Source: Vulcanimicrobiota bacterium (GTDB lineage: Bacteria > Vulcanimicrobiota > Xenobia > Xenobiales > JADMJV01). Taken from it: a DNA stretch of 64,000 nucleotides. Location: positions 87,513-151,512 of the forward strand of contig JBFWNU010000006.1 of assembly GCA_050250895.1 (NCBI GenBank), written 5' to 3'. The notes under the pieces are model-generated. The model did not search any database. It had not been told where the DNA came from and saw only the letters and a list, made by a program, of their open reading frames with translations. Shown here piece by piece: positions 55,687 through 64,000 of the stretch (within the stretch, counting starts at the first letter, position 1; each line of letters opens with the position of its first letter). The position numbers were made by a program, and so were the translations under genes.

Positions 55687-58600
55687 CTACTCGCCGTCGG
55701 CGGACTTTTCGTCTAGCTCGCTGTCGGTCTTTTTCGAACCCGGCTTGGCCTTCTTGTCGATAGGGATGAAGTAGCCGGATTTCTTCGTGGCCGGTGCGCC
55801 GGTGCCGCCGGCGGTCTTGCGGCTGGCTGGTTTCTGCAACGGTAGCAGATTGCGCCAACCGGTCAGCCGTTTGCCTCGGCGGGCCTCTCCGCTCTCTTCA
55901 CCCGAATCCTCGGATTCGTCGTCGGTCTCTTTCTTGGACTTGGATTCTTCGCCCGAGAGCAAGCGGATTTTCTTGATCTTCTTCTCGAGCCGCTCAGCGA
56001 TCGACGAGGCCCGGCTGGGCGGGGCCGAGGGTGCGACCTCGCCCTCTTCGCCAGCCGAGACGCCCCATTCGCGTAGGAGTTCTTCGGCTCGGGCGATGAC
56101 CCGCTGGCGCAATTCTTCGCCGCGACTTTCCTCTTCGGGCGCCTCCCCCGGATCAGGCGGCTCGAGCTCGAGTTCTTCGATCCGATCGAGCACTCTGGCG
56201 ATCGTCTTCTCGGGGTCGAGATAGTAGCCAGAGGCCCGCGCGCGGAGGAACTTCCAACCCAGTCGTTCGAGCACGGCTTCGCGCTCGAGCTCTTGCGAGA
56301 GCCGCTCGGGAGGGTGTTCGTTAGCGCCGTCGCAGGTGATGGCCACGCGTCCGCCCCGGCCCTCGACCACCAGGTCGATGCGATAGTTACCGACGACATG
56401 GTTGGTCTTGACGCGATAGCCGGCTTTCTCGAGAGCCCGGCGCAGGCGAATCTGGTAGCGGTACTCAGGATCGTCGTCGTCGATGGAGCGCTCGACCACG
56501 GTAGCCTCGCTCAAAGCGGCCATGGTCTTCCTGGGATCTTGCATATGCTCGATCAGGTTGCGGCGCAGGTCGCCTTCTTTGAGATCGGTCACCGGATCCA
56601 GGGAATAGACCACCCACATCTGGTCCTTAGCCCGACTGGCGGCCACATTGAAGCGCTTGGTGAAGACATCGGTGGTGCGCAACGGTAGGGGACCGTCGCT
56701 GGCTGTTTCGACCACCGACAGAAAGATCACGTCGCGCTCGTCACCCTGAAACTGGGCCGCGTTCCCGCAGACGATGCGGCGTTCTTGATATTCGGTCAGT
56801 TCGAGATGCTTGGTCAACAGCCGCTCTACGGCCAGGGCCTGCTCTTCGCCCACCAGGCTGATGACGCCCATGGTTGCGCCTTCATATTCGGGTTGTTCGC
56901 AAGCCGCCACCACCAGGGCGGCAATGGTCTGAGCCTCGACCTTGTTGACCTTCTTTTCGTAGTTGGCTTCGGGCACACGGTAAGGCACGGTGGGCGGCTT
57001 GATCAACACCTGGGTGCCCTCGCGCAACGGCTGAATCTCGCCCTGATAGCAGAGGTGGTTGCTAAAGGCGATGATCTCTTCCACGCAGCGAAAGTGCTCG
57101 AGCAGTCGAATGGTACCGCCGAAGGATTGGCGGGCCAGATCGTAGACCGAGGTGCGACCGTCATAAAGTTCGCGATTGGGGATCCCGGCCAGGAATTCGT
57201 CGATCATGGCCTCGATGGCGGCAAAAGACAGACCCACCGCTTCGGGGCTGACCTGCTCATGATCACCGACCACCAGCACTTCCTTGCCCAGGGCAAAGGC
57301 CAGCAGGCCGGTCACGTCACACTGGCTGGCCTCGTCGAGAATCACCACGTCGAACATCGACTCGCCGGGGTGATAGCTCTCGGCCAGGCGCGAGAGCGGC
57401 ATGATCCAGACGGGCACCGCATCCCGACAGTCGGCAAGTTTCTCGCGGGCCATGGCCTTGAGCCGGGGGGCTCGCTTGCCCTTGCCGGAACCGATCTTGC
57501 GCATCAGGTCGAGCCAGCCCACCAGCGCCTGCTGCTGGCGCACGCCGGTCCGACGCAGCTGGTTGGCCCACGTCTTGTTCTCGACATAGTGGGCCGTGGC
57601 CGTGCGCAACTGGGTTTTGAGGCGCAAAATCTCTTGTTGCAGTTCGTCGAAATGAACCTTGTGGCGAACGGCCAGTTGTTGTTTCCACTGGATGTGCTTC
57701 CAGGCTTTGTCGACCTCGCCGGGCGGGTGAGCCTCGTTGTGGGGTTCGCTGTGGGCACGCAGGGCGTCGGCCCACTCCGAGGCCACCGCCTCGACCTGGC
57801 CTAACAACTCGTTGCGGCGCTCGACGGTCTCTTGCAGCGAATAGAGCTGAGACATCCAGTTCCAGGCCCGGGCATACTCCTCGACATCCAGGTTGGCGGT
57901 GGCGGTGCGCAGCTTCTCGAGGATGCTGCCGGCTTCGCCACCAGTGAAGCCCATCAGCTTCTGCTCTTGCTCTCGGATCCTGGTGTCGATGGATTTGAGT
58001 TCGAGGGCTGCCTCGCGGGCTTTGAGGGCCGGCTTGAGTTGCCAGTCGATGGCTTCGCGAATGCGCAAGAAATCGCCGTACAGACTGGGATTGGCGGCCA
58101 CCTTCTCTTCGATCGCCTCCCAGCGCAGGCCGGCCGACTTGAGGGTCTCATGGAACGGGGCCCAGATTTTGCGTTCCCAGTCGAGGGCATCGCGCATGGG
58201 TTGACAATACTGCAGGCACACCTGCTCGGGCTGCTCGCCCATCTGGTCGAATCCGGGCGCCCCCTTGGGCACCATCTGTCGTTCCCAGCGGGTCTTGAGA
58301 GCATCCCGTTCGGCCTTGATCTCGAGATAGCTGACCACCGCCGCGATGTCATCAGGAGTCTTGGGGCTGCTCCCGTTGACGATGGCTGAAGAGAGGAAGG
58401 TCTTCCAGTGGCGACGCTTGACCTCTAGTTCGAGCCAGCCAATGTCTTTCTGAGCCTTGAGATGTTCGAGAATCTCGTTGGCGGTCCGCAAAAGGATGGG
58501 GACCGGCGTATCGGACTTGACCTCGGCCCCGCTCGAGAGCACTTTGGCTTCGTTACTTGAAATCGACTTGGCCGAAGTTTCGATGGCCCGCACCAGGTCT

Positions 58601-60324
58601 TCCCAGGTCTCTTGATGGGTGCCGCCCAGCCGGCCCACGCGCATACACTCCAGGGCCCAGTCGCGGCCCTCTTCGGCCACCGACACGGCCACCCGCTCGG
58701 CGGCTTCGCGCAAAGTCGCGAGCTGCTCGAGGGTCTGGTCGTCTCGCTCCCAATAATCGCGGCCAAAGTCGGGATCGGCGTCTCGCAATTCTTCGCGCTT
58801 GGCCAACAGTTTGCGGAAGTCGCCTTCGGTGAGCAAGTCTTCGAGGGCCGGCAGCGAGGTCTCGAGGTCTTCTTCGAGGGCGGCCGGAACCTCGCGATTG
58901 AGTTGATACAGCTCTTCGAACTCTTCGCTGGTGAGGGGCAGGGGAGCCTCGTTTTCCACCGGACCGGGAATCCAGTCGTGAGTCCCCACACCCTTGGCGA
59001 CCAACTTGGCGGCCCGGGCCGGATGAATGCCGTCGTCTCCGACGATCAACTCGCGGTACTCGTCGTGGCGAGCCTCGAGCAACTCTTTCTGGGCCTCGGC
59101 CAAGCGAGCCTCCAGGGCTTGGCGGCGGTCGTAGTAGGTCTGGGCCAGTTTGTCGAGCTCGTCGATATCGCTGGTGGTGAACCGGGCCACGATGCCTTTG
59201 ACCGCTTGCTCGAGCTGGCGTCGGCTCTCTTGCTCTTGATCCAGCACGCTCACGCACAAGGGTCGCAACTCGGGAATGACCATGTCGCGCACCACGCGCA
59301 GGGCCTTGGAGGCATGGCTGGTGACCAGGATGCTCTTGCCCTGAGCCAGCAGATGGCCAATCAGGTTGGCGATGGTGTGGGTCTTGCCGGTTCCGGGTGG
59401 ACCCTGGACCAGCACGCAAGAACTTTCCTCTAGCCGACGCGCCACCCGCTCTTGCTCGGGGTTGCTCGGCATGGTCATCAGCAGGTCGCTGGTCTCGCTC
59501 TGTTTCTTGGAGGGGGTTTCGATGCCCACCACCCGCAACAAGGAGTGAGGGAACGTCTCGAGCTTGGGAATGGCGTCGAGATAAGCGTCGATAGCCTGCG
59601 AGAACCCCAGCGAGCGCGTGCCCAGGTAGAGGATGGGATCGCGGATAAGTTTCACGGTTTTGGCGGCGCGCTCGTTACCGCTGGGCTCTTCGATGAACTT
59701 GCCATCAGACCAGAGTTTCTCTTGAAGCCGACGCAAGAACTCGGTCGTCTCGGGGCCACCCAGGGGATGGCAGGCGGCCTCTTGCAGCTCGGCCCGGGCC
59801 TCGGAGATGCTGGGTTCGTCGACATCGCACCATCGCATCAAAGGCGAGTAGAGGAACGGCTCGCGGTCGGTCTCGCGGACCGTGAACTCGGGCACGGCCG
59901 GATCGAACTCGAGCGAGAGTGTTTGCAGCAAGACGGGGTGGTCGACGGCGCCTTGCGGGGCGTTCCAGAGGACCTGGCCTTCACCCAGCATGAGTTCGAC
60001 CTTCTCGGACTCACGCTCCATCGTCTGCCACAGTTCGAGAAACTGTTCGAACAACTTGTTGGCCGCCCCGGACTCGTCTTCAGGCTTGCGAACCTTGAGG
60101 ATGTAGTCGTCACCGAGCACCTCGCCGTCTTCGGTGGGCGGCAGGATCTCGCCGCGGGTGACCTCGTTGAGATCGGGCACGTCGGCCAGACGCAACTGCC
60201 AGGAGTAAGCCTTGAGCTGAACCTTGGGAGGAGTCTTCAGTTTCTGGAGCTCGGCTAAATAACGGAAGAGGCTCTGGATCCTGGTTCTCGCAAGGTTCGT
60301 ATCGACTGTAGACGGCATTACCAC
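55687..60324 (-). CDS. SF1 (Upf1/DNA2-like) helicase with a C-terminal Vsr/REase-like domain
   Basis: QGPPGTGKT, LDEASQ, VGDHEQ, EHFRC, FQGDERD, RFNVAASRA; tail YRIDLVV...TCDG...LERLGWKF. Confidence 0.9.
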   Translation of the reverse strand: MVMPSTVDTNLARTRIQSLFRYLAELQKLKTPPKVQLKAYSWQLRLADVPDLNEVTRGEILPPTEDGEVLGDDYILKVRKPEDESGAANKLFEQFLELWQTMERESEKVELMLGEGQVLWNAPQGAVDHPVLLQTLSLEFDPAVPEFTVRETDREPFLYSPLMRWCDVDEPSISEARAELQEAACHPLGGPETTEFLRRLQEKLWSDGKFIEEPSGNERAAKTVKLIRDPILYLGTRSLGFSQAIDAYLDAIPKLETFPHSLLRVVGIETPSKKQSETSDLLMTMPSNPEQERVARRLEESSCVLVQGPPGTGKTHTIANLIGHLLAQGKSILVTSHASKALRVVRDMVIPELRPLCVSVLDQEQESRRQLEQAVKGIVARFTTSDIDELDKLAQTYYDRRQALEARLAEAQKELLEARHDEYRELIVGDDGIHPARAAKLVAKGVGTHDWIPGPVENEAPLPLTSEEFEELYQLNREVPAALEEDLETSLPALEDLLTEGDFRKLLAKREELRDADPDFGRDYWERDDQTLEQLATLREAAERVAVSVAEEGRDWALECMRVGRLGGTHQETWEDLVRAIETSAKSISSNEAKVLSSGAEVKSDTPVPILLRTANEILEHLKAQKDIGWLELEVKRRHWKTFLSSAIVNGSSPKTPDDIAAVVSYLEIKAERDALKTRWERQMVPKGAPGFDQMGEQPEQVCLQYCQPMRDALDWERKIWAPFHETLKSAGLRWEAIEEKVAANPSLYGDFLRIREAIDWQLKPALKAREAALELKSIDTRIREQEQKLMGFTGGEAGSILEKLRTATANLDVEEYARAWNWMSQLYSLQETVERRNELLGQVEAVASEWADALRAHSEPHNEAHPPGEVDKAWKHIQWKQQLAVRHKVHFDELQQEILRLKTQLRTATAHYVENKTWANQLRRTGVRQQQALVGWLDLMRKIGSGKGKRAPRLKAMAREKLADCRDAVPVWIMPLSRLAESYHPGESMFDVVILDEASQCDVTGLLAFALGKEVLVVGDHEQVSPEAVGLSFAAIEAMIDEFLAGIPNRELYDGRTSVYDLARQSFGGTIRLLEHFRCVEEIIAFSNHLCYQGEIQPLREGTQVLIKPPTVPYRVPEANYEKKVNKVEAQTIAALVVAACEQPEYEGATMGVISLVGEEQALAVERLLTKHLELTEYQERRIVCGNAAQFQGDERDVIFLSVVETASDGPLPLRTTDVFTKRFNVAASRAKDQMWVVYSLDPVTDLKEGDLRRNLIEHMQDPRKTMAALSEATVVERSIDDDDPEYRYQIRLRRALEKAGYRVKTNHVVGNYRIDLVVEGRGGRVAITCDGANEHPPERLSQELEREAVLERLGWKFLRARASGYYLDPEKTIARVLDRIEELELEPPDPGEAPEEESRGEELRQRVIARAEELLREWGVSAGEEGEVAPSAPPSRASSIAERLEKKIKKIRLLSGEESKSKKETDDESEDSGEESGEARRGKRLTGWRNLLPLQKPASRKTAGGTGAPATKKSGYFIPIDKKAKPGSKKTDSELDEKSADGE

Positions 60325-60348
60325 GGCGGGTTCTCGTAAGACCTTCGG

Positions 60349-62142
60349 TTACCCTGCAAGGCTTAAAGCGCGCTCGAGGTTGCGCCGGATCAGGTCGCAG
60401 CCGCCCTGCCAGAACGCTTTTTCGGTCACGTCGATGCCGAGATCGCCGAGAATGTCCTGAGGCTTGCGACTGCCCCCCGCGGCTAGCAACTGGAAATACT
60501 TGGGAATGAAGCTTTCGCCCTCTTCTTTATAGCGAGCGTAGAGCGAGAGCACCAGCAACTCGCCGAAAGCGTAGGCGTAGACGTAGAACGACCATTGCAC
60601 GATATGGGGGATGTAGAGCCAGGTCCATTTGTGGTCCTCGCCCAGGGTCAGGGCCTGGCCGAACATTTCCTGCTGACACTCTTGCCAGAGCTGATTGATG
60701 GTCTCGGTCTCGAGTTCGCCCCGGTCACGTCTGGCCCGGTGCAGGCGCTGCTCGAAGCGATACATGGCTACCTGGCGAAAGACGGTAGCGAAGGTGTCCT
60801 CGAGCTTCTCGCAGAGCAGAGCCAATCGCGCTTTGTCGTTGTCGAGGCTCTGGTAGAGCTGCTCGAAGACCAGCATCTCGCCAAAGGTGCTGGCCGTCTC
60901 GGCCAGAGGCAGCACGGGATGGTAGTCTAGAGCGTGATTATCGGCCGCCAGCCGGTCGTGAACGCCGTGACCCAACTCGTGCGCCATCGTCATCACGTCG
61001 CGCGGCTTGTTGGTGTAGTTGAGCAGCACGTAAGGGTGGTGGTCCGGGGTGACCCCGGCGCAAAAGGCTCCTCCGCGCTTGCCCTTGGCGACGGGAGCAT
61101 CGATCCAGTTCTTGGTGAAGAAGGGCTCGGCCAGTTCACGTAGCTTGGGGGAGAATTTTCCGTAAGCGTCGAGCACCATCTGCTGGGCCTGGCTGTAAGC
61201 GATGTGCTGTTTGACCTCTTCCAGGGGAGCGTAGCGGTCATAGTGGGTCAGCTCGTCGAGGCCCAGCAGCCGTGCTTTGAGCTTGTAGTAGCTGGCGATG
61301 ATGTCATAGTTTTCGACGCAGACTTCGACCATGGCGTCGACGGCGTGGCCGGGAAGCTCGTTGTCGAGATGACGCTCTTCTTCTGGGTAGGAGAATTTGC
61401 GTAAGCGATCCATGACCTGCTTTTCGTGGAGCAGGGTGTTCATGATGAAGGTCAGCACGTGGGCCTTATCCTGCAGCTCGACGGCCAGGCTCTGGCTGGC
61501 CTGACGGCGCAGGCTGCGGTCAGGGTCGTAGTTATAGGCCAACAGCTCGCTCTGGGTAAGGGTCTTCTGCTCGCCATCGATGGTCATTTCGAAGCTCATG
61601 CGCGAGGTTACCTCGGTGAACAGGCGGCGAAAAGCACGTCCGCGCGAGTTGGCCGTCTCTTCGAGCACCGTCTCTTCGGCTTCGCTCAGGTGATGCGCGG
61701 CCAACTGACGTTGCAGGTCGAGATAGTGACGATAGCGGCTGAGCGAGGGGTGGTCTTTGATGTGCTCGTAGACCTCGTCGGTGATGCGGCCGATCTCGAG
61801 TCCGAAAAAGATGAGGTGGGTCGAAGCCGTGCTCGATCGTTCGCGTACCTTCTGTTGCAGGGCGCCGCGCTTGGGGTCGGTGGTATCGGTGCTAAACAGC
61901 AACGAGGCGTAAGAGCCGATTTTTCCACCCAGGCGGGCCAGGGCTTCATAGTCGTCGAGGGCCTGAGCCAGCAGAGGGGCCTCCAGGTCGGGCGCGGCGA
62001 TTCGCGATTTGTAGTTCTCTTCGAACTTCTCGGCCAGCCGCTGTTGCTCGGCTAGATGGTCGTCGATTTTGGGGTCGTCGGCCCCCTTGTAAAGATCGCT
62101 CAAATCCCAGCGGGGTAGGTCCAGGGTGGCTTGCTCTGACAC
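60349..62142 (-). CDS. pepF: M3-family oligoendopeptidase F
   Basis: WDLSDLY, GKRGGAF, HELGH, AETASTFGE, FYVYAY. SD GAGGAG before GTG. Confidence 0.92.
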   Translation of the reverse strand: MSEQATLDLPRWDLSDLYKGADDPKIDDHLAEQQRLAEKFEENYKSRIAAPDLEAPLLAQALDDYEALARLGGKIGSYASLLFSTDTTDPKRGALQQKVRERSSTASTHLIFFGLEIGRITDEVYEHIKDHPSLSRYRHYLDLQRQLAAHHLSEAEETVLEETANSRGRAFRRLFTEVTSRMSFEMTIDGEQKTLTQSELLAYNYDPDRSLRRQASQSLAVELQDKAHVLTFIMNTLLHEKQVMDRLRKFSYPEEERHLDNELPGHAVDAMVEVCVENYDIIASYYKLKARLLGLDELTHYDRYAPLEEVKQHIAYSQAQQMVLDAYGKFSPKLRELAEPFFTKNWIDAPVAKGKRGGAFCAGVTPDHHPYVLLNYTNKPRDVMTMAHELGHGVHDRLAADNHALDYHPVLPLAETASTFGEMLVFEQLYQSLDNDKARLALLCEKLEDTFATVFRQVAMYRFEQRLHRARRDRGELETETINQLWQECQQEMFGQALTLGEDHKWTWLYIPHIVQWSFYVYAYAFGELLVLSLYARYKEEGESFIPKYFQLLAAGGSRKPQDILGDLGIDVTEKAFWQGGCDLIRRNLERALSLAG

Positions 62143-62248
62143 GCGATGCTCCTCGAAGAAATTGGAGTCGTCACCTTCTTGAAGCGGTGGGCGATTCCTG
62201 GCGGGGTTTTCCACAAGGTAGTGCCGACCGTAGCTGGAAGGAGCGGGA

Positions 62249-63007
62249 GTGAAGATTGCCAGTTGGAACGTCAACGGAGTGAGGGCGGCCTTTCGCAACG
62301 GCCTCGCCCAGTGGCTGGCCGAAGAAGCCCCCGATATCCTCTGTTTGCAAGAGACCAAGGCTGCCCCGACCGAGCTGCCCGAAGAGATTCGTGCTCCCCT
62401 CGAGTATCAGGGTCTATGGCACTCAGGCGAACGCGCCGGATACAGCGGCGTGGCCACTCTCTGGCGGCAGCCTCCCCTGTGGATCCTGGAGGGGATTGGC
62501 CTGCCCGAGATCGACCGCGAGGGACGAGTGCTGACCATCGAACTTGAACAGTTCTTCCTGGTCAACACCTATTTTCCCAACAGCGGGGAGGGGGGCATCC
62601 GTCTGCCTTTCAAGCTCGAGTTCTGCCGGTGGATGCTAAAGTTTCTCAAGAACCTCGAGCGTCGCGGCAAACCGGTCGTCGTTTGCGGCGACTTCAACAT
62701 CGCCCATCGGCCCATCGATGTGCATGACTTCGAGAAGAACGCCAACCATGCTGGGTGTCTTGCCTCCGAGCGGGCCTGGATGGACACCCTGCTCGAGGCC
62801 GGCTTTGTAGATGTTTTTCGGCATCACTGCGAGGAGGGGGGCCATTATACCTGGTGGTCCTATTTCGCTGGCGAGCGCGAGAACAACATGGGGTGGCGCA
62901 TCGACTACTTCGTCTGCAGCCCGGAATTGGTCGACCGGGTCCGATGTTATCACCGCTGCGATATCACCGGGTCGGATCACTGTCCCATCGTGCTCGAGTT
63001 GCTTTAG
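62249..63007 (+). CDS. xth: Exodeoxyribonuclease III
   Basis: SWNVNG, LQETK, GYSGV, EGR, YFPN, GDFNIAH, YTWW, GWRIDY, SDHCP. Confidence 0.96.
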   Translation: MKIASWNVNGVRAAFRNGLAQWLAEEAPDILCLQETKAAPTELPEEIRAPLEYQGLWHSGERAGYSGVATLWRQPPLWILEGIGLPEIDREGRVLTIELEQFFLVNTYFPNSGEGGIRLPFKLEFCRWMLKFLKNLERRGKPVVVCGDFNIAHRPIDVHDFEKNANHAGCLASERAWMDTLLEAGFVDVFRHHCEEGGHYTWWSYFAGERENNMGWRIDYFVCSPELVDRVRCYHRCDITGSDHCPIVLELL

Positions 63008-63999
63008 CAGGCCTGCATTCTGGTCTCGAGGTCGGCCTTTTCGGCCATCGTTCTGAGCAGGCGTTCTTTGAGTCGGCAGATCTCTTCTCCCTGGGCCTTC
63101 TCCATTCGCTCGCCGCGGACCAGCAGCTCTTCGCGCTCCTGGCGTTCGCGGTCCCAGGCCCTCGACTTGCTGTCGTATTCCAGGCGCAATCGCTCGAACT
63201 CGCGACTGGTGATTTCGAGGCGGTTCTTGATCTGATCGAGTTGCGCCCACGCCTGATTGCGTTCACCGCTCGCCAGGACCAGCTTCTGCTCGAGCGTCCC
63301 GATGACCGAGGCTTGCTCGGCGCCCTGGCGCTGGAGGGCCTGCAGGTCGGTCTGCAGTTGCTGCAGACCTTTCTCTAGCTCTTCGTTGCGCAGGCGGGTC
63401 TCGAGCAAGCGAGTGCGCACGGCCGTGATCGAATCGGCGTCCTCTTCTTGTTGGGCTCGCCTGGAGTTCTTCTCGGCCAGGGCCGCCTCGAGCGAGCGAA
63501 TGCGCGAGTCCTTGACGGTGAGCTGGTGGGAAAGCGTGGCCACGCGCTGATCATCACCCTGTTGGAAGGCCATCAACTCACGCACTCGGTCACGCTCACG
63601 AGCCAGGGCCGTCTCGAGCTCTTTCAGCTGGGCTTGATTGGCTTGCTGGCGCTGGCTGGTCTCGCTGAGCGACGACTCCATGCTCGAAAGATGTTCTTCA
63701 CGCAACTCGAGCAGTTGCTCGAGGTCGCCCACCAGTTCGTCGCGGTCGTGGATTTGCTGTTCGAGCAGGTTCAGAGCCGAACGGGTGGCCTCGACTTCGC
63801 GGGCCTTCTCTTCGGCGGCCTGGGTCGAGCGCTCGCAGGCCAGTTTCAGACGCTGCAGCTCCTGGCGCAGACTGGCCAGTTCCTGGTCGCGGGTGCGAGA
63901 GTCGTCGAGGGCTGACTCCAGTTGGATAATCTTGCCGCGGTCGGCGCTGCCGGTCGAGACGGCTTCTTGCAGGTGTTGCTCGAGGCCGGCGATCTGCTC
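63004..63999 (-). CDS. Long coiled-coil protein, 5'-truncated by the window edge
   Basis: The frame stays open from 63999 to the stop at 63004. E/Q/L/R-rich heptads. Confidence 0.75.
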   Translation of the reverse strand, partial: EQIAGLEQHLQEAVSTGSADRGKIIQLESALDDSRTRDQELASLRQELQRLKLACERSTQAAEEKAREVEATRSALNLLEQQIHDRDELVGDLEQLLELREEHLSSMESSLSETSQRQQANQAQLKELETALARERDRVRELMAFQQGDDQRVATLSHQLTVKDSRIRSLEAALAEKNSRRAQQEEDADSITAVRTRLLETRLRNEELEKGLQQLQTDLQALQRQGAEQASVIGTLEQKLVLASGERNQAWAQLDQIKNRLEITSREFERLRLEYDSKSRAWDRERQEREELLVRGERMEKAQGEEICRLKERLLRTMAEKADLETRMQAC

Positions 64000-64000
64000 G

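Overview
A GC-rich (about 65% by eye), gene-dense bacterial chromosomal window with about 57 CDSs. I recognised no rRNA, tRNA, CRISPR array, transposase or integrase. Housekeeping and metabolic genes include an Lhr-like helicase, codB, larE-larB-larC, yihA/engB, ettA, a RapA-like ATPase, tatD, ackA, pepF and xth. They are mixed with many signalling genes: histidine kinases, response regulators, Hpt, FHA, a Ser/Thr kinase, PP2C, GGDEF/EAL and PilZ. There are also several eukaryote-like or orphan proteins: a Rab-like GTPase, a paladin-like phosphatase, WD40, ankyrin and a Tyr/Gly/Gln low-complexity protein. The two strongest candidates for poorly described systems are (1) a translationally coupled pair of divergent Hsp90/HtpG-like proteins at 45462-50161, one with intact and one with degenerate ATPase motifs, followed by a sensor PP2C phosphatase; and (2) a Rab-like GTPase locus at 4577-10718 that joins a two-component/REC-MBL operon to a divergent membrane protein with a longin/roadblock-like cytoplasmic domain and an OmpA-like domain. 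Also noted: frequent CTCGAG palindromes, candidate operators and a structured leader upstream of orphan genes, and a REP-like inverted repeat. All assignments come from motif recognition by eye; no database searches were run.
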